From: an uncultured Pseudomonadales bacterium
GTDB lineage: Bacteria; Patescibacteriota; Microgenomatia; UBA1400; PJMF01
Direction: 5' to 3'
Assembly (NCBI GenBank): GCA_964637295.1
Contig: CAZWWE010000001.1
Location: forward strand, 252,312 to 316,311
DNA length: 64,000 nucleotides
Part shown: piece after piece, positions 18,807 through 27,192 of the stretch
Position numbering within the stretch: position 1 is the stretch's first letter
Layout of the letters: each line of letters begins with the position of its first letter
Notes under the pieces: generated by a model
Told to the model about the DNA's origin: nothing
The model's input: the letters and a program-made list of their open reading frames with translations, nothing else
Database searches by the model: none
Translations under genes and position numbers: made by a program

Positions 18807-19916
18807 TCAGCTATTTACCCTGAAAGGCATGGCTATATAAAAATAGTCTTCAGTGGTTTTATTTTTAAAGATTGCTGGCTTTAAGCTCTCGTTCATGCCA
18901 AAAATAAGAGTTTCTGGTTTTAAAGCATTTATAAAATCAATCAAATAATTGACATTAAAAGCAATTTCTCCAGTTTGATCAGAATCATTGTTTATTGTAA
19001 TTTCTCCAGAGTATTCTCCCAAGGAAGGAGATTGTGAGCTAATCAACATTCTATTTTTTTCAATCGCTAATTTTACTACGTTGGAAACATCTCTGGAAAA
19101 AATAGCAGCACGTTTAAGCTGAGTTAAAAACTCCAAACCATCAAATTCAATATTTAAAATAAAGCTTGGCGGAATAATTTTTTCATACGGTGGATAATCG
19201 CCTTCGATTAATCTCACATACATCTCTATTTGATTGAGTTTAAACAAAAGCTGCTTTAATTCAGAGGCTACAAGAATTTCAATTTTTTGCACCTCTGCTT
19301 GTTTGGCAATTCGATAAAGCTCATTCAAGGCTTTGGCTGGAATTAAAATCGTTTTATCTTGTTCAGAGCTAATTGTTCTAAGAAACAAACTACTTAAACG
19401 AAAACCATCAGTAGCAACCACTTCTAGGCCAAGTTTACTAAACTTGAACATTAAAGCTGTTAACACTGGTCTGCTTTGATCAACGCTCGCACAAAAAGCT
19501 ACAGCGGTTTGAATTTTTTCTAAATCATCTAAACCTAAATAAAAACTGTCTCCCTCGACAACTGGAAAGCTGGGAAATTCTTCGCTATTTTGACAAGCTA
19601 AGCGACTATTGGTTCTTCCTTGCTTGATAATTAAAAAATTATCTTTTAACTCAAAGCTAATTTTGCCATTTTCTAAAGAGTTGATGATATTTTTTAATAA
19701 TTCACCATTAACAATTAATTCTCCGGTATTTTCTGTTTCAACTATTAATTCAGTTTTAATACCCAAATAAAGATCTGTGGCTGACAGTATTAGTTTTTGA
19801 TCCTTAAGTTGCAAAAGAATGGATGATAATACTGAAATTTGCGGTTTTGTTGGAATTACCTTTTGTAAGTAATTGAGTGAGTTTTTTAAATTTTCTTGTA
19901 AAACATTGAATTTCAT
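18807..19916 (-). CDS. dnaN: DNA polymerase III beta clamp
   Basis: LSATDL, SRPVLTA, VATDGFRL, RLIEGDYPPY, IAFNVNYLID, MPFR. Confidence 0.95.
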   Translation of the reverse strand: MKFNVLQENLKNSLNYLQKVIPTKPQISVLSSILLQLKDQKLILSATDLYLGIKTELIVETENTGELIVNGELLKNIINSLENGKISFELKDNFLIIKQGRTNSRLACQNSEEFPSFPVVEGDSFYLGLDDLEKIQTAVAFCASVDQSRPVLTALMFKFSKLGLEVVATDGFRLSSLFLRTISSEQDKTILIPAKALNELYRIAKQAEVQKIEILVASELKQLLFKLNQIEMYVRLIEGDYPPYEKIIPPSFILNIEFDGLEFLTQLKRAAIFSRDVSNVVKLAIEKNRMLISSQSPSLGEYSGEITINNDSDQTGEIAFNVNYLIDFINALKPETLIFGMNESLKPAIFKNKTTEDYFYIAMPFRVNS

Positions 19917-20224
19917 ATTTTCTTTTTCTTAATTATATATATTTAGTAGTTGTAGTAGTAGGGTTTGTTAATAAGTGAATATTTAAAACGATTAGATCGA
20001 AAAAATGCCTCATATTAAATGGTTTATAAGACCCAATTTTTTGTTAATATTTTTGTTAATACCTGTGGTTTTATGTTGACAGAATCTTTTAATTATTCAC
20101 AGTCCTATAATTTTTAGAGCAAATTGTTAACAAGCTTTCAACTATTTTTCCACTGTTTTTTCCACAATTGTTAATAAACTTGATTTAGATAATTACTTTG
20201 ACTGATAAATGACTGATTTATCAG
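19917..20224. other. oriC: Replication origin oriC (dnaA-dnaN intergenic) with DnaA boxes, DnaA-trios and AT-rich tract
   Basis: Minus strand reads TTATTAACA-AACC-CTACTACTACAACTACTA-AATATATATAATT (19974-19931); TTWTNCACA matches at 20093-20101 and 20158-20166; repeated TGTTAATA. Confidence 0.85.
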
Positions 20225-21793
20225 TCAATTTGATATAGCAATTAGAGACATTTTGATTGCTGAAACATCTTGTTGCACTATCTGATCAGTAATCAAATCT
20301 TGTTCGATTTTTTTAATCGCGTGAATTACGCTACTATGATCTCTTCCGGAAAACCACTGGCCAATTTCCTCGAGAGGAATTTGTAATTCATTTCTTAATA
20401 AATACATGGCGACGTGCCTGGCTTTGACTAATTCTTTGCTGCGTCTTTTGCCTCTAACTGCGCTTTGTTTAATACGATAGTGATTAGCGACGGTTTTGAT
20501 AATGTCTTGAGGTTTGGCCTTAATTATTTTTTGTTGATTTTGTTTAACTTCGCTCTGCAGAATTTTATCGATTAAGTTGATATCAACAGCAAGATTTTGC
20601 AATTCCACCGCTGAGCGAATTTTTTTAATAATACCCTCAATTCTTCTAGCGCTATCTACTTGGGAAGCAATTTTTTGTGCTAAATTTATTGGAACATCAA
20701 GCTTATTAGCTTGGGCTTTTAATAACAGAATTGCAGTTCTTAACTCAAAAGTTGGTTGTTGAATATCAATCATTAAACCTGCTTCAAAACGAGAACGCAG
20801 ACGATCTTCAAGTAAGCTAATTTCTTGGGGTGGGCGATCAGAAGTCATGATAATTTGTGAATTGATGGCAATTAAGGCGTTAAAAGTGTGAAAGAACTCT
20901 TCTTGAACGGAATTTTTTCCAGCAATAAATTGAATATCGTCTAATAAAAGTAAGTTGGTTTTGCGATATTTATTTTTTAATTGCAGAGTATTATGACTTT
21001 TGATAGCTCTAACAATTTCATTAGTAAATTGTTCTCCAGAGGCATAAATAATTTCTGCATCAGGATTATTCTGCAAAAGATGGTGCGCTACAGCGTGAAT
21101 TAAATGGGTTTTGCCAACACCTACTCCGCCATATAAAAAAAGCGGGTTATAGCTAGTACCAGGATTATTGGCAACTGCTGTAGCAGCGGCATGGGCCATT
21201 TCATTGCTTGAAGAAACCGCAAAACTTTCAAAAGTGTAGTCTTGTCTAAGACCGATTTGTGAAGCACGAACCTTGAGCCGATCAAAAGTATTATTATTAA
21301 TATTAGCTTGAGAAAAAAGTTCTTCAACAGTAGGGGATTGAACGTTTTGCTGTTCAGTCAAAAAACCTTTATTGATTAACAAATTATTTTTTGATTGACG
21401 ATAATTTTGTTGAGTTATTTTTTGCGTTTTGGCAACTTGGTCGTTATTTTGTGGGGCCTGTAAATTCTGTGAATTTTGTGGGAAATAATCATTTTTTTTT
21501 GTTTGTCTTAAATCAGTAACAATAAACTCAATTTCCAGCGGCTTGTTGATGTATTTTTCCAGAGCAAGTTTAATTTGAGTATATAAATTTGTTTTCAAGT
21601 TAGTAACGTGAAAAGCCGTCATACAACTAATCGTGGCAACCGCTTTTTGCTCGTTTTCAATTTTTACCGCAGTCAATGGACTTGGAATAATCCAGGTATT
21701 GAAAAAAGCTGGGCTAAGGCTGGCTTCAAGATCTATTTTAGCCATCTGCCAAACCTGCTTAACGGTTTCTGAGTCATAAACCTGTTCTGACAT
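20225..21793 (-). CDS. dnaA: Chromosomal replication initiator DnaA
   Basis: YNPLFLYGGVGVGKTHL, LLLDDIQF, QEEFFHTFN, RLRSRFEAGL, FSGRDHSSVIHA. Confidence 0.97.
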   Translation of the reverse strand: MSEQVYDSETVKQVWQMAKIDLEASLSPAFFNTWIIPSPLTAVKIENEQKAVATISCMTAFHVTNLKTNLYTQIKLALEKYINKPLEIEFIVTDLRQTKKNDYFPQNSQNLQAPQNNDQVAKTQKITQQNYRQSKNNLLINKGFLTEQQNVQSPTVEELFSQANINNNTFDRLKVRASQIGLRQDYTFESFAVSSSNEMAHAAATAVANNPGTSYNPLFLYGGVGVGKTHLIHAVAHHLLQNNPDAEIIYASGEQFTNEIVRAIKSHNTLQLKNKYRKTNLLLLDDIQFIAGKNSVQEEFFHTFNALIAINSQIIMTSDRPPQEISLLEDRLRSRFEAGLMIDIQQPTFELRTAILLLKAQANKLDVPINLAQKIASQVDSARRIEGIIKKIRSAVELQNLAVDINLIDKILQSEVKQNQQKIIKAKPQDIIKTVANHYRIKQSAVRGKRRSKELVKARHVAMYLLRNELQIPLEEIGQWFSGRDHSSVIHAIKKIEQDLITDQIVQQDVSAIKMSLIAISN

Positions 21794-21852
21794 AAAGATT
21801 TTACCTTCTCAATTATTTGGGGGCAGAGTAAAAACAAAAAATGTTTGCTTAC

Positions 21853-21873
21853 TTATACACAAAGTTTTCCACA
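21853..21873 (+). promoter_or_regulatory. Tandem DnaA boxes upstream of dnaA
   Basis: TTATACACA 21853-21861 and TTTTCCACA 21865-21873 both match TTWTNCACA. Confidence 0.75.
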
Positions 21874-21888
21874 ATTGGCAAGGGGCAA

Positions 21889-24078
21889 TTATTTTGGTGG
21901 TTGGTAGTCGTTGATGTCGTAAATGCCGTGCTGGTCTGGTTTGAGGGTTTGCTCGTCATTTTCACTAAAGACAGTCTTAATTTGAAAATTATCTTTTTGA
22001 TCACGAGTTGTCAATTCTTGGTCGGCATTAAAAATTAATTGATCAGTTTTAAGCGCTTGTTCTGCTAATTTATTAGCGTTTTTTAGAGGATCAGTAGTAA
22101 GATCGACTTTTGGGTTTTTCCAAGCCAAAACACTGTTATTTAGATTCTCTTTTTCTTGAAAAGCCTGATTGTTGTCAAGTCGCTGTTTTTTTAAAGCTCT
22201 AATTTTTTGATAACTTTCAAAACTTTCACTCCTGGGATTTAGTCCAGAAGCTATGGTCTTTTTTTCATTTTTTTCATCTTCTTTTTTTAAGATTTCCTCA
22301 GGATTGGTGGTAATAACTTGATGTTCTTCTTCTGAAGCAATCACTCTCAATGCTACGTGATTTTGGCCGGCAAAGAAAATGCCTTCTCCTACGTCAGAAG
22401 AAACCAAGAGCTGTCTTTCGCCTTCAGATAAATAAAATGTTTGGGTGAGAATAGGGATAGAGGCGGTTGATTGTTTCATTAAAAATTGAATTGAGGCGTT
22501 AGAGACAATGGCCTTACCATAATCATTGCGTAAAAAATCTTCCACATCTTGAGTGATAGTGGTAATGCCCAGATAGTATTTGCGGGCTCTTTTGACCATG
22601 GAGTAAACAAAGGCAGCACTATCAGGATGCATCATAAAATACCACGCTTCATCAATGACCAAGATGCGTCTTTTGAGATTTTTTTTGACTCTAGTCCAAA
22701 TAAAGTCAAGAATAACGTACATAGCGATTGGTCGCAGCGACTCTTCCATTTCTTTGACAGAAAAAACTGTAAATTGCGAACTGATATCAACGTTAGAAGC
22801 TTGATTAAAAATACCACGAAAAGAACCGGTGATAAATTTTTCCAATCTTGCAGCCAAATCATCACTTTCTTCTCTTTCCATGCCGATCAGTGCTTTATAA
22901 AGATCTTCCATTAAGGGAGGAGTGTTTTTTTGTGTGGCTGGATCAGGAGTAATGCCTTTGGCTTTGTAGGCGGCAATGATGGCGCGATCAAGAATAGCTT
23001 CTTGTTGAGGGGTCATTTCTCCCAGCATTACTTTAAGCAAACCGTGAATGGAAAGAATTTTTTGTCCCAATTCGTTTTCACCTTCCTCGTAAACATTGGA
23101 TAGATCAAAAGGATTAATTTTTGCCTTTGAACCAAAAGTGAAATTGATATATTCACCACCGACCATTTTACATAGTTCTTCATATTCATGCTCTGGATCG
23201 AGAACAATAACTTCGGCGTCAAACATTAATTGTCTTAAGATTTCCAATTTGACAGTGTAAGATTTACCAGCGCCAGATTTGGCAAAAATCACCATGTTGG
23301 CATTTTCCATTTTGAAACGATCGAAAATGACTAATGAATCATTGTGTTCATTAATGCCATAAACAATACCAGTTTCCATGGTCAGCTCGGAAGAAGTAAA
23401 GGGAAAAGTCGTTGCCAGTGAGGTGGTGTCCATGTTTCTAGTGACTGAAAGGCGATCAACTCCCATTGGCAAAGTGGTTTTGAAGCCTTCGTCCATTTGT
23501 AGAGCAGATTTTTTGGAAACAATCATTAGCGCTCCTAGGGTACCCTGAATGCTTTTGGTGATTTTATCCAGCATTTCTTTGCTCTCAGCCCTCACAGTAA
23601 TGTAAAGTCCAAATTGAAAAAATCTTTCTGAGCCAGCAGCTAGTTGCTCTCTCATGGCGCGAGCATCACTTAGTTTAATTTCTGTGTTAATATTGCTAAT
23701 TTTTCCAGATCTAATGTCTGAAGTAATTTCTGCCTCCATTTCGGTAATTTTTCTCTTAAGATTATCAAGAATATCTCCCGTATCTGAAGGAAAAATAAAC
23801 ATAGATATATTGGCTTGATTAGGATAGTTAATTAAAGGAGAGAGCCAATTGGCTGGTACCGCCCTTGGGTAGCCAGCAATAAACAGAGTACGAGTATAAG
23901 TGGAGTTAATTTTTTGATAAGTAAAATCAACCTCAATTGCTTCTGGAGCAATGATGTCTTGAATGGTGACTAAACCACGAGAAAATTCGCTTAATTTTTC
24001 TTGCGTGTACTGTTCCGCGTTAATTTTATTCTGATCAGCTGTAACCGGAGTTTTTTTCTTAGAAAATAAATTTAGCAT
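21889..24078 (-). CDS. virB4: VirB4/TraE-like conjugative-type ATPase
   Basis: Walker A AKSGAGKS, LDPEHEY, INPFD, Walker B LVIDEAW, RARKY, TQDVEDF; start moved to ATG 24078 (upstream extension overlaps the next gene). Confidence 0.85.
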   Translation of the reverse strand: MLNLFSKKKTPVTADQNKINAEQYTQEKLSEFSRGLVTIQDIIAPEAIEVDFTYQKINSTYTRTLFIAGYPRAVPANWLSPLINYPNQANISMFIFPSDTGDILDNLKRKITEMEAEITSDIRSGKISNINTEIKLSDARAMREQLAAGSERFFQFGLYITVRAESKEMLDKITKSIQGTLGALMIVSKKSALQMDEGFKTTLPMGVDRLSVTRNMDTTSLATTFPFTSSELTMETGIVYGINEHNDSLVIFDRFKMENANMVIFAKSGAGKSYTVKLEILRQLMFDAEVIVLDPEHEYEELCKMVGGEYINFTFGSKAKINPFDLSNVYEEGENELGQKILSIHGLLKVMLGEMTPQQEAILDRAIIAAYKAKGITPDPATQKNTPPLMEDLYKALIGMEREESDDLAARLEKFITGSFRGIFNQASNVDISSQFTVFSVKEMEESLRPIAMYVILDFIWTRVKKNLKRRILVIDEAWYFMMHPDSAAFVYSMVKRARKYYLGITTITQDVEDFLRNDYGKAIVSNASIQFLMKQSTASIPILTQTFYLSEGERQLLVSSDVGEGIFFAGQNHVALRVIASEEEHQVITTNPEEILKKEDEKNEKKTIASGLNPRSESFESYQKIRALKKQRLDNNQAFQEKENLNNSVLAWKNPKVDLTTDPLKNANKLAEQALKTDQLIFNADQELTTRDQKDNFQIKTVFSENDEQTLKPDQHGIYDINDYQPPK

Positions 24079-24079
24079 A

Positions 24080-25243
24080 TTAAGTCGATGTTTGATTTGG
24101 TTGGGTTGACAATGGTTTTTGTAATGGTTGTATTTCTTCGCTGAAGTCGTCAGTTTCAGACATAGTTGTTGTAGCAGTTGCGGTAAACTCGCTTGAATTG
24201 TTGCTGTTGAGGCTTGGTGTACCTCCAAAAACTGGCACTTCGTTGGTGAACGAAGTTGTTACTTGAGGAATAACTGGGGTCTCTGGAGCAACTGGATTTA
24301 CTGGGTTTGCTGGATCCGCTAGAGGAACTGAATCCCTCGAAGTAAGCGGAGCCGTTTGTATTGTTGGTATTTCTTGGGCAACTGGTTGTTCTTGAGTTGC
24401 TGGTGCTTCTCGGGTGACTGGTTTTTCTTGAGCTACCGGCATTTCTTGAGCGACCGGTATTTCTTGAACAATTGGTCCTTCTTGAGTCACACTGTCGATT
24501 GAAGGATTAATGACTGATTGCTGTAAAGGTGTTGTTGTAATATTTGAACTCATAATTTTTTCTCCAAAGCTCGCCCTGACCAAGGGTGTGGTGTAATTCT
24601 CGTTATTGCTAATTTCTTGTCCCTCAGCTGCTTCGGGATTGTAATTAATATAAAAATTTTGAATAATTTCCTGAGTGTTTAGTTGTTTAGTGTAGAGTCC
24701 AAGTCGATTGAACTGAGAAATGAGATGATCGCGACGTGGCTCCAATAAATTTGCCGCTTTTTCCAAAATAATGCTTTTTTCAATACTATTGATGTCGAAA
24801 GTAGTTTTGCCAGGCAGAACATTGGTGGCGGTAATGAGACCCATTTCTCCTGGACTAGCTGGCACAGTGACGTAAAAATGTTTTTCCAAAACATTTCTTT
24901 CTTTAATCAAAGTGGCCACAAAATCTCGATACTGTTTAATTAGTTTAGCTTTGCGATCCGAGTTGGCTTTTTGCATTTGTTCATCAAGTAGTCTTAAGTA
25001 TTTAGTGACGTCTTTGGTTTGCGATTGAATGTTGATTTGAATAGGATAATTAAGAGAGTTTAATAAAGAACCATAGGTAAAAATGATAGCGTCTTGTTCT
25101 TGTTCGGCCAGCAAACTGAAATTCATCGTGCCCACCTGCAAAATAATTGAAGCAGTGCCGTCTTTCAAAAGAACAATATCGTTAATAATGTCATAGACAT
25201 CAAGAAATTCTTGAGTGGTGGAACTAATTACTTTATCGCTCAT
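24080..25243 (-). CDS. Conserved T4SS-associated protein (resembles a VirB4/TraC N-terminal region) with Pro/Gln/Glu repeat tail
   Basis: TTQEFLD...NFSLLAEQEQDAII..Y..LLNSL.YPIQI; lies between prgI and virB4; hexapeptide PVAQE repeats. Confidence 0.65.
   Translation of the reverse strand: MSDKVISSTTQEFLDVYDIINDIVLLKDGTASIILQVGTMNFSLLAEQEQDAIIFTYGSLLNSLNYPIQINIQSQTKDVTKYLRLLDEQMQKANSDRKAKLIKQYRDFVATLIKERNVLEKHFYVTVPASPGEMGLITATNVLPGKTTFDINSIEKSIILEKAANLLEPRRDHLISQFNRLGLYTKQLNTQEIIQNFYINYNPEAAEGQEISNNENYTTPLVRASFGEKIMSSNITTTPLQQSVINPSIDSVTQEGPIVQEIPVAQEMPVAQEKPVTREAPATQEQPVAQEIPTIQTAPLTSRDSVPLADPANPVNPVAPETPVIPQVTTSFTNEVPVFGGTPSLNSNNSSEFTATATTTMSETDDFSEEIQPLQKPLSTQPNQTST
24371..24488 (-). repeat. 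Degenerate 18-nt tandem repeat encoding (QE-x-PVA)n
   Basis: About 6-7 units: QEGPIV QEIPVA QEMPVA QEKPVT REAPAT QEQPVA QEIPT. Confidence 0.7.
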
Positions 25244-25267
25244 GAGCTGTCAATAGTTTACTAAATT

Positions 25268-26122
25268 TTAAGCCTTGATTACAAGGGGCTCAGCAATTTG
25301 GCCAGTAAGCTGAATTTCAACTGGAGTAAAATTCAGTTGATCCTTTTCTACAACAATTTGATAAAGCCCATCAGCTAGAGGACGATCGGTTAAAAATTGT
25401 CCATTCAGATCACTTTTCAAAACGCGCAGAGTTTGTTGATTTTGATCTTTAATTTCAATAATTGCTTGAGCAATTTTTTGATTGTTTTGATCGAGAATAA
25501 GTCCGGCGATTTGATTGGGCAGTAATGGTTTTATAGTACTGTTTTCATCAGGGAGTTTAAGCTTGCGAACTCTAGTTTGTAGATTGGGCTTTTCTTGTTT
25601 AATTGGCTCAGCTTTAATCTGTTCTGTTTTGACCTCGACTTCAGCGAATTGATTGAGCACTGAGCTAATTTTTTCTTTTTCACTCAACTCAAATTGATCG
25701 AGGCTATTTTCTTCGGGAATACTTTTTAAATATTCAAAAATGCGCTGTTTACGCGCAGGATTTAAATTGATATCTGGTGCAAAAAAATCGTCTTGCGTAG
25801 AGCTAATTTTATAATTAAAAAAATCTGGAATTTTATTAGATTTTTTCCAAAAAAATTTAGTTGGTTTATAGATGTTTTTGAAAAAAGTTTTGATCCAATG
25901 ATCGAGAGGTCTTTCTTCAATCGGTACAAAAGCAATGGCCGCTCCCAAGCCAACGACAGAAAAAACTAACGGCCACTTGATGATCCCAATTAGATTGGTT
26001 TTATAGATAATAAAAGCTAAAACTGCGGCGATAGCTAGTTCAGCAAATTGCTTGAGAGTCATGCTTCCCACAAGATGAAACTTATAGTTGGTAATATCTT
26101 GTGGAATTGGATGCTGTTTCAT
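25268..26122 (-). CDS. prgI: PrgI-family (VirB3-like) protein with C-terminal beta-sandwich domain
   Basis: HPIPQDITNYKFHLVGSMTLKQF, two TMs, ERPLDHW; C-terminal G.ILDQ...A.IEI...SDLNGQF...GLYQI carboxypeptidase-regulatory-like domain. Confidence 0.8.
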   Translation of the reverse strand: MKQHPIPQDITNYKFHLVGSMTLKQFAELAIAAVLAFIIYKTNLIGIIKWPLVFSVVGLGAAIAFVPIEERPLDHWIKTFFKNIYKPTKFFWKKSNKIPDFFNYKISSTQDDFFAPDINLNPARKQRIFEYLKSIPEENSLDQFELSEKEKISSVLNQFAEVEVKTEQIKAEPIKQEKPNLQTRVRKLKLPDENSTIKPLLPNQIAGLILDQNNQKIAQAIIEIKDQNQQTLRVLKSDLNGQFLTDRPLADGLYQIVVEKDQLNFTPVEIQLTGQIAEPLVIKA

Positions 26123-26208
26123 GAGTTATCTCATTTTAGCAGAAATATAGGTTGATTGTTTAGACTGAGCTTGACTGTTTAAAACTGAAGGTTGCCTCAA
26201 ATCAAATG

Positions 26209-27192
26209 TTATTTTTGGGCAGCGCTGGCCACTGCTGGAGTGATAATTTTGGCCTCGATATTAATTCCGGCCGAATTAGTTAGTTTGGCGCTAAATTTGT
26301 AAAAAGGATAGGCAATTTTTAATTCACTGTCATAGCGATATTCGATTTCGACCGCATACAAATCGGCTTCGATAATCCAATTAAGATCGATGACGTTGGC
26401 AATTTTGCTTTGAGCATCAATAATAGAGCCAACGCCATTTTTGATATTTTTAACAGCTTGGTCAAGCGAAAGAGAAGAAATTTCTCTTGCTGGCTCAAAG
26501 ACTTGATAGCTATCTTTAAATACAATTTTTCTAACTTCATAATTATGGTCGATTTTGCAAAAAAATGGATAATTATTTTCATTTTCGTAAAAAACTGAGA
26601 AGCCGTTTAACTCGTAAGTGAAAGGAATTTGTAAATAAACAGCGTCTTTTGGATCAGTTTCTCTTTGTTCTAATGTGCCACCAAGATACAAAATGCTATT
26701 TTTTTGAGCTATTAAAGATAGATCGAGATTGTATTTTTTATAAAAATTGGCGCATTGAGAGATTGCTTCTTCAATAACAATGGGAACAAAAGCACTTTCA
26801 TTTTTTGAGCCAATGTCAAAACTCCATCTGTTTTCAAAAACATTTTTAATTAAAAAGTTTTCGTCTTTAATCCAATAATTTCCCATTTTTTCATCTTTTT
26901 CCAATTGATATTCTCTAATGATTTTGTTGGCCAACTCATCTTCTAAATTTAAAGTGGCTTTGGCTTGAAAAATTGTAAAAAATTCTGGCACAAAAATTTT
27001 TTGGCCAGAAAAATCAATTTTTTTGTAAGTAGTCTGAGTCTGATTGTAATTATTGTTAACGAAATTATTTTGAACGATGGTTTCTTTTTGGGGAGTGATT
27101 AAAATCAATATCGCAGAAATCAATAATGAAACCGAAGCAAAAATAATTAATAGCGGAATGATTTTGATTTCTTTTTTGTTTTTTTTATTCAT
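26209..27192 (-). CDS. Single-pass membrane protein, hypothetical (T4SS cluster)
   Basis: 327-aa ORF, N-terminal TM, overlaps the upstream M23 gene by 8 nt. Confidence 0.65.
   Translation of the reverse strand: MNKKNKKEIKIIPLLIIFASVSLLISAILILITPQKETIVQNNFVNNNYNQTQTTYKKIDFSGQKIFVPEFFTIFQAKATLNLEDELANKIIREYQLEKDEKMGNYWIKDENFLIKNVFENRWSFDIGSKNESAFVPIVIEEAISQCANFYKKYNLDLSLIAQKNSILYLGGTLEQRETDPKDAVYLQIPFTYELNGFSVFYENENNYPFFCKIDHNYEVRKIVFKDSYQVFEPAREISSLSLDQAVKNIKNGVGSIIDAQSKIANVIDLNWIIEADLYAVEIEYRYDSELKIAYPFYKFSAKLTNSAGINIEAKIITPAVASAAQK

Noticed and set aside
24079-24228. N-terminal extension of the VirB4 ORF (similar extensions at 39658-39744, 47203-47286, 52409-52486, 6784-6831)
   Set aside because: They overlap neighbouring genes or promoter elements; downstream starts fit better
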